The notes beneath the pieces were generated by a model, which did not search any database, was not told where the DNA came from, and was given only the letters and a program-made list of their open reading frames with translations. The translations under genes and the position numbers were made by a program. Positions 24,122-39,066 of a DNA stretch of 64,000 nt are shown here, piece after piece (positions within the stretch are counted from its first letter, which is position 1; every line of letters begins with the position of its first letter). This DNA is from Basidiobolus meristosporus CBS 931.73 (Eukaryota > Fungi > Basidiobolomycota): contig MCFE01000245.1 of assembly GCA_002104905.1 (NCBI GenBank), forward strand, positions 51,345 through 115,344. The letters run 5' to 3'.

Positions 24122-26927
24122 GTGTGTGTTCGTGTGTTCGTGTGGCAGAATGAATCATCTTACTCAATGTTTACAATCTACAGGCACTTGCATATGCCCA
24201 ACTGGCCACAGTCCCGCTGCAGTACGGTCTCTACTCAAGCTTCGTGGGGACTGCACTCTACTGTTTCTTTGGCACGAGCAGGGACATCTCGATCGGGCCA
24301 TCGGCGGTACTCTCCTTGTATGTGGGGATCACCCTTGACACGCTGGTGTCGCGAGGACTGGATCCGATTGAGTGTGTGATTACCATGTCCTTCCTGATGG
24401 GTTGTATGCTGATCGGTCTGGGTGTGCTGAAGCTGGGGATCATTCTTGATCTGATCTCCATTCCAGTGACCAAAGGGTTCACCGCCGGGGCAGCGGTGAC
24501 CATCTTTTTCAGTCAGGTAAGCGCTCAGGCTTCATTTCTCGGCGAAGAGGGATCACGCGAGAGCAGGTGACACCTGGCGCCAATGCATCACACGAAACTA
24601 ACCTCGCTTCTTTCACTTCTTCACCACTGCCACTGCACTGCTACTGCTACTGCCACTATTCCTGCTGCTGCCACCATTCTTATGATCATCCTTATCTTCA
24701 CCTTCACCTTCACCTTCACCCTCACCCTCACCCTCACTTCAGATCCCATCATTGCTTGGATTGGCCGGGGTCAAGGCTCAAGGGCCACTGGTCGATGTGC
24801 TGAAGGCCATTGGCAGTGCGCTGAGCAGAACTCGCTGGCAGGACGCCCTGGTTGGATTCAGTGGGATAGCCATGATGATGATACTGAAACGACTCTCCGC
24901 CAGGTACAGCTACATCCACCCCGCCATGAAAATGGTGGGGATTGGTCGCAGTGCCATCGTGGTCATATTTTACACCCTGATCTCGTTCATCGTGGCCAAG
25001 ACACAAGGGAACGGAGTTGTCACCGTGCTGGGCAACATCCCAAAAGGGTTTCCGCAGCCAGGACTTCCTCGATTGGACAGTGGCTTCCTATCTGAGGTGG
25101 TCGGGCCGGCTGCTGTGGGCGTTCTTGTAGCGATCATTGAGCACATCTCTGGAGCACGAACGTATGGTAAGTCATTCATCAAGAACCTTGAGGAGAGTGG
25201 TGGTGAGTGAGCGCGTTGATGAGCAGCCAAGCGAGTGGACGTGCGGATGTGCATATTGTGATGTGAATGGTGCGTGTGCACTTGAAGCCAGGCTTGAGCT
25301 CGAGTTTGTGGTCACTTCCTGGGAAGTGAGCATCAGAGTGTCTGCTAGCTGCCTACCCACACTCACCTACACCTCATGAGTCACAGCCACTTCACCAATC
25401 TATCAGAGCTACTACTCACCTCACCACCCCTCGCCTTACTTACCTATCAGCAGGTCAGGCTAACCACCTCCTTCATTCTCCTCTCTCGGATCGTAGCTCG
25501 AAAAGGCCATTACAAGGTCGACAGTAGCCAGGAGATGATAGCCGTGGGGATATGCAACCTGTCAAGCAGCTTCTTCAGAGCATACCCATCGACAGGAGGG
25601 CTGTCCCGGTCAGCCGTGATCTCGCAGTCCGGAGTCAAGACACCCGGGAGTGGGATCTTGACTAGCATCATTGTGATGCTGTGCATGAACTTCCTACCCC
25701 CAGTGATGTTCTTTGTTCCCAAAGCAACACTCGCCTCGGTGATCATTGTGAGCATCATGCCATTGATCTACGACTACAAGATGTACAGTGAGCTGTGGAA
25801 GATCCAAAGTAAGTAGTCCTCACAGAATGACCATCCACTCGAACACACATACATGCGCACATACACACGCACATACACACGCACACACGCATACGCATAC
25901 TTTCCTGCTTCTCTGCCGCGTTGTTCCTCCCCTACCACCTACCTCCTCCGCCTTCTCCTCCTCCACCCTCTGATGCAACTCACTCACTATTTGAGCAATG
26001 ACCACGAAGAAGAGCTAACCATCCACTTGTCCACCACCACTAGGGACTGACATGGTCGCCTGCTTACTCGCATTCCTGTTGACCGTGTTCACGAACATCC
26101 AGACTGGCATCGGGGTGGCAGCCGGGTTCTCGTTGATCATCAGTCTTCACCGGATTGCTCGACCCAAATGGCAGATGCTGGGCCAGGCGGTGGACGACTC
26201 GGACATCTATGTGGATCGGTGGTCGAGTGACTGGGCCACATACCCGGCCCCACCAGGGGTGGTGATCTTCCGCTTTTCCGAGTCGATCACCTTCTTGAAC
26301 GGGGAGTACTTCAAGAACAAGGTGCTGAATGCCACCTACGTTGCCACCGACCCTGCTGAGAGGTCGGGGAAGTCATGGTCCGAGAAGAACTGGTCCGATG
26401 ACCAAGATACCCGCATCCAACGCATCCGGAACTTCCTGATCCCCCGACTCCCATCCAATGCATATCCAAGGCCAAATGAGGAGCTGAAGGTGGGCAGCCA
26501 CAACGCTCTCAACACCCAGATCGCCGGGGAGAACGTGATCCAAGAGAAGGAAAAGATGGCGAATGGGTCTCAGTTCCCAGTCCTACGAGCGGTGATCCTG
26601 GACTTCAGCAGCGTGAACCATTGCGACTATGCTGGCCTACAGTGGCTGTTGGATCTGAAGGTGCAACTGAGCAACTATGCGGGGAACCAAGGATTCGAGC
26701 TGCACTTTGTTGGGCTGAAGTCGAATGTGCTGAGGCGCATTGAGCCCTCGGGTATCACCAAGCACCCGGATGATGGGCCTGAGGATGAACATCGCTACCT
26801 CCATCTGAGTATCCGGGACGCGTTGAACTGCATCATGCAAGACTGGCACAGACATCCCTCATATCAGCCGAATATCTCAGCTCCGTCATGCCCCGAGCGG
26901 GCGAAGGGTAGAAGTGGAGGAGATTAA
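23784..26927 (+). CDS. SulP/SLC26 sulfate permease with STAS domain, right arm copy; exons about 23784-23957, 24184-24516, 24743-25166, 25497-25808, 26044-26927
   Basis: Same motifs as the left copy. The five GT-AG exons sum to 2127 nt, an intact frame. An extra T at 26886 shifts the last codons relative to the left copy. Confidence 0.93.
24053..24140. repeat. Compound (GA)n(GT)n microsatellite in intron 1 of the right SulP copy
   Basis: Direct reading. Run lengths differ from the left copy. Confidence 0.95.
24620..24740. repeat. Hexamer repeats (CCACTG-like, CTTCAC, CCTCAC) in SulP intron 2; mirrored at about 21755-21885
   Basis: Direct reading of the tandem hexamers running up to the splice acceptor. 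Confidence 0.85.
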
Positions 26928-27383
26928 GATTCACGTGGACGAGCGCTAATGTGGCAATCAGTGGATGAACCGCTGCAGACGAATTAGGGGTGTTGGAAGC
27001 GTATGAGATAATTTTGACTTTGTACAAGTAACTGTTCATTTTAACCAAGTATAGGCACTTCTATCGAATTCTTCATATGTAAAGCTAACACCGGACAAGG
27101 CAGGGGAGAATTTGGTAATGGTCTCAGTTAGGACACAAATCATACCATGTTCACTCACTACCGTATACATACACATACAGTGCCATTTACATACCACCAC
27201 GGACACTGTAAACGGAGCGACACCGCTTAAATAAATCATGCATCTCTTTTTAAAACCACCACTTGAAATTGACAATTAGAAGCAGGAGTTGGGTGAAAAT
27301 GTAGTGCTTATTCAAGTTCACTAAATTTTATTTGCCATCTGAGGTGTACTGTTGTTGTTCAACCAAGGTTGACCTAATTCAAC

Positions 27384-27790
27384 TTAGTTCTTGCCAGATT
27401 GGGACTTGATGACCTTCTTGACAATCTTTTGTTCTTCGATGAGGAAGGCACGGACGATGCGCTCACGAACGCAGTGGCCACAGCGACTACCACCATAGGC
27501 ACGTTGGACGGTCTTTTGGCGCTTGGAGATACGAGCGTATTCACGAGGGCGGAGGGCGGGGACCTAGATACCATAACACGTTAGCTCCATCAGATGATCT
27601 CTCGAAATGAGGGGTTGTGTGGAGCACTTACACCGGCAAGAGCCATTCCGCAGTCACCGCAACGGGGAGCACTGCCAGGCTTCTTTTCGTGCAAGTAGGT
27701 AAGCTTGCCACCAGGAGTCTTAACGATGCGGACACGGTTAGACTTGGTGTTGTAGGAGAGACGACGGCGGTAAGTGACACGTTGAGCCAT
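27384..27790 (-). CDS. RPL34: 60S ribosomal protein eL34; one coding intron plus a probable 5'-UTR intron (about 27807-27950)
   Basis: [33 protein letters not shown], then exon 2 ...[34 protein letters not shown] donor near 27631. Confidence 0.96.
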
Positions 27791-28537
27791 TGCGACAGTA
27801 ACTACTAAACAGACCACAGGGGTTTCGTTAGTTGATGAATAAGAGAATGGGACTTGGCGAGGAAGGCGAATGGATGCATCGATTTGGGTAAAGATGAGGA
27901 TGCTTGGGAACGGGAAAGTCAAAGATATTCAGTGCACTCGATGAACGTACCTCGTTGAGTTTTTCAACTGGATGTAGGCAAAAGGGAGAGCCACATTAAC
28001 ATCTCCTTTCCCTTTTGTAGGTCGACCGATTTGCTGTATCCTGGATATCCGTACCCGCCGATGATTGGCTGGTAAGAGCAAATTTCCACATCACTTTTTT
28101 TTTACCGCCTCGATTGAATTCATTGATCGAAGGGATGGACGGTTGTGCGGCTGCCGATGAAAATTTCCCCATCCACCATCACCAACCGTCGCTTGGAGGA
28201 GATATCCAGGCATTGGGAGTGTGCAGTTTCCATTCTCACCCACAGGCGGAGTGCGGCGTTGTAGGCTGAAATTTGGTTGATAGATTTTTTTATTACTATA
28301 CATATTATGAAAAGATATTGGAAAGTGAGCCAAACGAATATGAATGTAATATAGTGACGTAGAAGACGGTACACAAAAGTAAAGTCTCGGAAGAATCGAG
28401 GGGAAAATCAAATAAACTAGAAGATGAATGGCTCCATAGAAGGCATAAAAGAGGTATTCGTGCTTTGGTTGACCAGGGGACGGTGTGTTTCACCGCTGCT
28501 GGCCAGAAGGGTAGCATGATCTCTTGGAGAACGTGGT

Positions 28538-29932
28538 TTACCATTCGAAATCTCCGTTGACTTTATGGAAGAGATAATCCTTTCCGTTGACTAGCATGAT
28601 TCCATCTTTGAGAACACACTTCCACTTGTTTTTTGTGCGCGTGACTTTATCGTACTGGCACAACACGATATGCTCCATTTCCTCGCCACCATCCTCACCA
28701 CGATCGTCATCATCGGTGTCGTCCAGGTCGGAGTTGATCGCATCTTCAGAGTCCACAACTGGCTCCGCTTCATCACCCTCCTCCTCGCCTTCCGCATCTT
28801 CATCATCATCATCATCTTCCCCATCAACTTGAGGAATCTTGCGCGCGTGCTTGGCGAGAGCTCTGGTGGCAATCATCGCATCAATTTCCTAAGGAAGCCC
28901 GTGTGAGATCATGAATGAGTATATGGTTGGTAGTGAGCTACTCACTTGAGTGGACATATCCGCGGGGCCATCGGTTTGTGGGATGTTGTGGTTGGACTTT
29001 GGATCTACTGTTCGTTATTAATATCTCTCGCCACCATGGGTGTCTTGACCGAAGAAAGAAAATCGACTTACCACCGTTACTACCGGTTGGCAACATGATG
29101 GTGTTATAGTAAGACGCAGTTGCCTGCGTCGGCTGGGGGAGCTGAACCTGGTCGTCATTACGTGGTGGCTAAATGGAACTTTGTTGTTATTCGCCTGGTC
29201 GTAAACACTCTATCTTGCCCACGATCGTTACCATGTAACTTTGGGGAGCACCGACACCATTCTCCTGTTTCAAAGCGCTGCTAGCCGATGCCAAGGTAGC
29301 CAGGTTGGCAGCTGCCACACCATGAGGTTGCTGTTGCTGGTATTGCTCAGCATACGCGTACTAAAATGGATACTCTGTGAGATTATGACAAGAAGTGGGG
29401 TCGGGTTTAGGCCTTGCTACCTCTTGAGCCTCTGTAGGGGCTGGAGCATGTGGATATTGGTCAGCGTATTGTACCGGATTTCCGGACTCATCGTAATAGG
29501 CATTAGTATAACCTTCAGTAACTTGGGGATCCGAAACTACAAAATTCGCCACTCTAGCGTTGGCGATCTTGGTCTCCCAAGACTGCACAGAAGAATAGGG
29601 TTAGTGTGCAGGCAATTTTGACGTGGAAATAGGAACCCCACCCGTTGCAATTCTTGAAGGATCGACTCATCAACGCCCATGTCTTCGAAGTCCTTTTGAA
29701 CAGTGCTAATCACTTCGTCGATAACGTGTCTGTACACACCGGCCTTCAAACAGAATAAACGGTTAGAATGGGAATCCACGACAGGTATAGAAAGCGGGGT
29801 AGGTAAAATCGCTCTACAGTTGTGATCGAAGCCTTGTTGAAGACTAATCTAGACGCAACGACGTACAGAAAACCAGTGGCGACCCGGTGTGCGAAAGAAT
29901 ATTTATCAACATACCACAATACTGTTCGACAT
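28538..29932 (-). CDS. TOA1: Transcription factor IIA large (alpha/beta) subunit; multi-exon
   Basis: Micro first exon MSNSIV|GTATGT, then AGVYRHVIDEVI...LQELQR|SWETKI; acidic linker; C-terminal LCQYDKVTRTKNKWKCVLKDG...GDFEW. Confidence 0.93.
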
Positions 29933-30472
29933 TGTAAGTTTGTACTCAAAACTTTATCCGTGGAAGGGGTAGTATGATTTTGGGCTTTAGATAAGAGTCT
30001 ATTCAAAATACAGGAAGGTGTCAACACAGCAGAAGTGATAGAGAATATGTCCACGAGAAACATGAATAAGCATCGTTGTCAATAAGTAGAAAAATTGAGT
30101 TGCAAATAATAATAAGATATTTGCCTTTCCAACCAACCAGTATTTCTATTTATACTGTACTTCCAAGCCAGCGAGTGCAGAAGAGTGAGAGGTATTTAAA
30201 GACAAGAAGGGGCAGAGAGGGCTAATCCGCTTAAGTTGGCCCTCTGAATCAGCCAAGTGTTTGATTGGTTAGAAATGTGGGATTCATCAAAATAGAATAT
30301 TTTAAATGAGTAAATTCATGGTGATTCATCATCACGGTTGCAAGTACGCAGTTTCCCAAATGGATGTTGAAAGGTCTATGATTAGTAATTTGGATTGCCA
30401 TAAAATTCTTCATTTAAAGCATATGATGAATGCGGGTTTTATTTGGATCTTATTGGTAATCGGCGATTTCGT

Positions 30473-33490
<3,018 letters not shown>

Positions 33491-34206
33491 TTAATGTACA
33501 AAAGTCTATGGCTCACTACCACCAAAGTAACCGGAGCTTGTATATGTTGATTTCAATCAATCCAGCTTAATACATGGATTTTGGACACTAATCATCCAAA
33601 TTCGATCCTCAGAAAAAGTCGAGGATTTACCATCAATTTTATATCACTCTTCTGGCACATGTGCATTAGAGAACCTGCCCTGAGCGAGCCACCACACTAT
33701 CGCATGGTATTCAACGTAGTTGGGGACTGACTGAAAACTCGGGGTATTTCTCTCCAAAGAGAGGTCATGTACGCGTAAAATGAGACCCACCTCGATTGAA
33801 TTGATAGACAACATTTCACAAAATCCATCCCATGCTGTCTGCAGTGCGTGAGAAATGGCCGTCCGTTCTGAAAAGCATGGGTCAGGGATCACGTGCATGG
33901 GGCGTTGAAGCAACCACTGTAAATCCGAGTACAATTAACAGTTGCCTACTGACAATAGAACCAAACAACAACATGACGCCTCATGTCGGGTCGGGCCTTT
34001 CTGCAGGAAACCATTGCAAATCTGGCAGTGAATCAAGTAGGGAGTGTGAAGGGCTAAGAGGGAACGATTAATAATAGTGCCATATCACAGCCAATGGCCA
34101 TACGGATCGTCCCGGTGAGGCTGAAAATGAGGAAGTGGAGTAAAACGATCGAAAGAACAGTGGCGTTCAAATTCGAATCTCAACTTTTACTGGTGGTGTA
34201 ACCCAG

Positions 34207-34356
34207 TGATAATCTCAAGGTAATTATTAGTTAACCGTGTGCACATTCCCCCCTCAATACCCCCTCAATGTACCATCTGCCCTCGTTGAGATAATCTAAC
34301 GAGCTCTAGCTTAATTACCCTTCGCACATTAGGTTGCTTAAAATAATTGATTATCG
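34207..34356. promoter_or_regulatory. Three GATAATC (GATA-factor type) sites upstream of AGX1
   Basis: GATAATC at about 34208 and 34290 and its reverse complement GATTATC at about 34349. Confidence 0.3.
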
Positions 34357-34516
34357 AGCGAGAGCACATCTTTGTCAGACGAGCAATCAGTCCCACCTGA
34401 AGGAAATCTCATCAGATGGATCGCCTTTTTTGGTACTATTTGCAATGGCTTAAATACAGCCGGCCACTCCCCTCATTGAAGCCATCAGTTTCTTCAACTA
34501 TCACTCAACAATCAAT

Positions 34517-35748
34517 ATGTCCAACCAAGCTATTCAACCCATTAGAGACCACGAGGCCAAGCGTACTCTTTGCATGATTCCTGGTGTGTATTCAGTTTAC
34601 TTCATCTTTACCGCGTCATCTCTAACAAATCTCTAGGTCCTATTGAGTTCCACGAGCATGTCCTTGAAGCCATGACTGTTGGAGCTACCTCCCACGTCGA
34701 CCCCGGGTTCATCAACATCTTCGGTGAAACTATCGAGATGGTTCGTAAGGTAGTCTTCTCCAAGGATGCTCAGCCCTTCATTGTTGCTGGCTCTGGTACC
34801 CTTGGCTGGGATATGGTTGCTACCAACCTTGTTGAGGCCGGTGAGAACGCCCTTGTTATCACCAACGGATACTTCGGTGACAAGTTCGGTCTCTGTCTTC
34901 AAAACTACGGTGCTAATGTCACCTTCCTTCCTTCCAACACCCCTGGAAACCGCCCCAGTTTGGAAGCCATTGAGCAAGAGCTCTCCAAGAAGAAGTACAA
35001 GATTGTCACTGTCACCCACGTCGATACCTCCACCGGTGTCCTCGCCGATATTGCCGGACTCGGTCGCCTAGTCCGTCAAAAGTTCCCTGAGACTTTGGTC
35101 GTTGTCGATGGTGTCTGCTCCGTCGGCTGTGAGGAAATCAAATTCGACGACTTCGGTTTGGATATTGTCTTGACTGGTTCCCAAAAGGCTCTTGGTGCTC
35201 CTCCTGGTTTGTCCATCGTAGTTGCCTCTCAACGCGCCGTCCAAGTCTACAACAACCGTAAGTCTCTCCCCGCCAGCTACTACGCCGGATGGAACCGCTG
35301 GATCCCCATTATGCAAGGATACGAATCCCGCAAGCCTACCTACTTCGCCACCCCAGCAGTTCAACTTGTGATGGCTTTGAATGTTAGCTTGAAGCAATTG
35401 TTGGCTTATGGTGTGGAGAACAACTTCGCCAAGCACCGTGAGGTTAGTAACAAGGTCAAGGACACCCTCGAGAGCTGGGGCCTTAAGCTTGTTCCGGTCT
35501 CCCGTGGCGTTGCCGCTCACGCCATGACTGCTGTCTACTACCCTGAGGGTGTCCAGGTTACTGACTTGCTCCCTAAGATGGCTGCCCACGGAATTACCAT
35601 TGCTGGTGGACTACACCCCACCATCGCCAGCAAATACTTCCGTATTGGCCACATGGGTATCTCCGTCACCCAACCCGAGCGCGGTCACATCGAGAAGGTT
35701 CTCAAGGGAGTTCAGGCTTCCCTCCGCCAATGTGGCTACAAGTGCTAG
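34517..35748 (+). CDS. AGX1: Alanine-glyoxylate aminotransferase (PLP-dependent class V); one intron
   Basis: MIPG|PIE, GSGTLGWD, THVDTSTGV, VVDGVCS, PLP-lysine motif GSQKALGAPPG, YFATP, FRIGHMG. High codon bias; intron about 34584-34637. Confidence 0.93.
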
Positions 35749-36719
35749 ATTTCTTAACCATAGCCGAATCACCTCAAGCCCTACCAGTCACCACAGCATA
35801 TCGTCAGTCCAAACAAATAATCACATCACCATCCTTCCCCCTGGGAAGGCAGCATCAAACGATTTATTGTTAATATGGTATCATATCGTTTTACCTCAAT
35901 AAACATTGATATACTTGATCCCCAACCCCAAGCTCAATGGTTCCTTTTTTTTGCCACTTCGGTAACTTCATTTGGATGGTGCAAGCGGCCGTATCAGAAC
36001 CTCACCTCATGATTCGCTCGTTGGTGATTTGTGCGGGTAGTGACACAGCGATGTAATCTCCGTCTTTATAGATGAGGTTTGTAGACAAATATTTGTTGGT
36101 TCATACGTGCATCTAAGCCCAATGGAGCTGGATCATGGACAACCACAATGGCATTTGTTCACATTGTACATCACATGTTCGGTGAAGATCCGTTATCTGG
36201 TGTATCGTCTGTTGGCCAAAAAACCCTCACCCACGGAAGAGAATTCGGATTTCCCACCCACTACCATTAACACGGTTCAGTTGCCACCGAACCAGCACCC
36301 AGGGAGAAACTTCACTTGAAACCACTTGGAATCGTCCCACATCGTAAAATACAAATTAATTATTATTCCTGATTTCAAACGGTGTGTAAAGCGATTAAAG
36401 ATTTGGCTGTGCTCCATAGACGTCAGCGACAATGGGATAGATGTTTGGTTTTTCGATGTTCGTAGTGACTAGGGTAGGGGTGGAGATGATGACAGGGGAA
36501 GAGATAATTACACAGAGTGGAGTACTTTGATGTAAACTAGTTACGTGTGAAGTCAGAGAATGCAATCCCAAGAAAAGTAATTGTACAATATGGTATGCCG
36601 AGAAAATCAATAGAACCCGTAGAAAAAAGATGTGTAGAAGAAGACGAACCAGGTAAATTCCAAGTACACAAAAGAAATGGGACTCCGATCACTTCTTTCT
36701 TATACTATGCATGTATGAT

Positions 36720-39066
36720 TCACATACCACTTGGTGGCATGTGCGTTGGAACGAAGTTTGGACCTATCGGCACAGACGGCATGGACATCGACCCGGGTAT
36801 ATTGACGGAGTGACCATTTGGGGGAGCAAAGTCGAAGTTACGAACTGGTATCTCGTACTCTGATCTTCTGCCTTGTTTGCGATTTGCCGTTTTGCCTTTG
36901 TTCGATTTATGATCATCCGTTATCATGATGGGCGGTGACATGCCGGTGGCAATGACTTGCCCGAGATAATCCTTCATTGTGAAATAAATACTATACATGA
37001 CAACAACTCGATTAGCTGCTGGTTCATACGTGTGGAATAGGGCTCAGACGTACCAGAAACCAACTTTCTCATTATGGTGTCTGCAGTAGCATGTTATACG
37101 AGCTGGTAATATGGTATCACCGCTACTGAAATCAACCAATTCATTGCAATTGAACAGCAAGATCTTGCGTTGTTCGAGTTGCAGCGACTAAAGGGGAGGT
37201 GTCAGTGTCGGTGGACGAAGCGAATCCTTGATTGAAGGGTACTTACTTGTTCATCATCCAAGTTGAGGCCTGGTAGTGCGTTTCCAAGCTCACTAACCGG
37301 CGACGAGGCTCTACTGGCGTTGGGTGTATTACATACGCTAGCCTGGCTCTTTGCCTTATTCTCTTTCTTACGAAGTGCTCTTTTCCTCTAGACACATACC
37401 GTTAGGTTGGGGCAGCGAAATCAACCTCGGGTACACTACTAACCTCCCGCTGCACACATGATATACATGTGTAAACTTTTCTTGTGATGTCAGTCGCACA
37501 GATGACATTCGTTTCCAGATTAAGAACATTATGCTCCAAAGGGTTGGTTTGATCTGAAGAGGAGGTTAGCTCTATGCTGGCGACTCGCTGGAAATCAACA
37601 CTATATCAACTACCTTTCGAATTCTTGCGCTTGAACTTCTCTTTCGCTACCATGAATTCGGGCAATCGTAGGTGGGACCACAATGACACTTTCTCACCGC
37701 GATCCGTGACCAATTGAAGGCAGAACTTGATTTGAGTTTCGACGCGCGATTTAGCTCCTGATTCTGGAACTCCAAGAACACGAATTTGCAGTCTATTTAC
37801 AAGAAAATCAATACCACTTCAACATTGAGCACCAGGGGACGAAAAATACCCTTTTCCTGCAATATTGTTGGTTTGAGGTGTGTTGAAGCTGGCGATATGG
37901 GTTGGAATCGAATTGCTAAATTTCAGGCTTCTTGAGCACAAAGGCCAGTACAATGCAGAGTTCAAACAGACCTACCTTCTGTTGTGCATGTAGTCCGGGC
38001 AGTTGTTAGATCTTCCCGAGTTCTCTGGGAAACTCATGGCATTGGCTGGATGATACTAAGCAGGAAGGTTGATTAGTCAAATGCACGCCACTAAGAAAAA
38101 CCTAGGTTTGTGTACATTAGGTACCGCGAAAAATTGAGAATACACGGATTCTGGATTGTGCTCAGCGTGATTATTAGAGGGATCTCCAACGCTATCCAGC
38201 GCGAGCATATCGCTAATAGAGACCGTTTGCAGTGGCTGCTGAGGAACACCGGCGGCGTTCATACCAAAGAAGGCGCCATCAAGCTGGTGCTGTAATGGGG
38301 AGGGGGGTCTAGATAAGGGTGCCATATCCTGCGGCAAGTAAGGATGTATAGCTGAAACCGATGGGGAAGCCATTGGTGTAGCACTCGGAGAAACCGGGCG
38401 AGAAGGTATGGCGAAAATATTTCCTTGCGCATCAATGGATACTGGAGTGTTCTGGGGAATGTGAGAGGTTGGGCTTGAAAAGTTTAGCGAGTAGTATGGA
38501 TGACGAAGAGGCTGTTGCAACGGTGATGGTGGTGAGATGAATGCGGCATTCAGAGGAGGTGAAGCCATAGGCGTTGCTGTTGGTGAGGGCGGTTGTGAAG
38601 GCCCCAACAGCATATTACCATCCAGTGAAAATGGCATCGGTTGGAAAGAATTGTTTGGTTGAGCGCCATAACCTGGCGGGAGGAAGGGGCTTTGGTAAGG
38701 TGAAGGAGGTCTTGATAAATGGGCTAGGTTGGGGTTAGATGGTATGAACTTTTTTATGCCCGTCAACGCTGGAGATGCCACCGGTGTGGCACTGGGGGTT
38801 GCTTGAAGAGAGGGAGCGAAATAAAGATTTCCTTCAGCATCGAGATTTTCCATTTTGGGGATACAATTGAACTGATCAACGTTTCCTTGAGGATTAACGT
38901 AGTTGAAGTTGAATCCGGGAAGCTCTTCGGACGGAGTATTCACTGCTGAATTGACCGCTGAATCAAACGCATTAAAGTGGGGTGAAAAAGAATTCTCTGG
39001 TCCTAGAGAGGGTGAGGAGGATTGCCCGAGATTAGACCGACGATGCTTTAGACGGTTTTGATACAT
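36720..39066 (-). CDS. Spt23/Mga2-family DNA-binding-domain protein, apparently lacking IPT, ankyrin and TM domains; multi-exon
   Basis: Exons encode AKSRVETQIK, TRITCYCRHH and SPPIMITDDHKS, hallmarks of the Spt23/Mga2 N-terminal domain. Long Pro/Ser-rich first exon 38123-39066. The 3' end is approximate. Confidence 0.75.

Larger units (their letters stand above)
19541..26950. repeat. Large inverted repeat (gene palindrome): arms about 19541-22717 and 23784-26950, unique spacer 22718-23783
   Basis: The arms are reverse complements over exons and introns, including the compound microsatellites. Confidence 0.97.

Noticed and set aside
20439-26050. Many short ORFs such as MCVCVCV, ERERER and FTFTFT within the SulP genes
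   Set aside because: Translations of intronic microsatellites.
35737-35760. Cryptic peroxisomal targeting of AGX1 by stop readthrough
   Set aside because: Readthrough gives only IS then a stop; no SKL-like PTS1 and no readthrough context.
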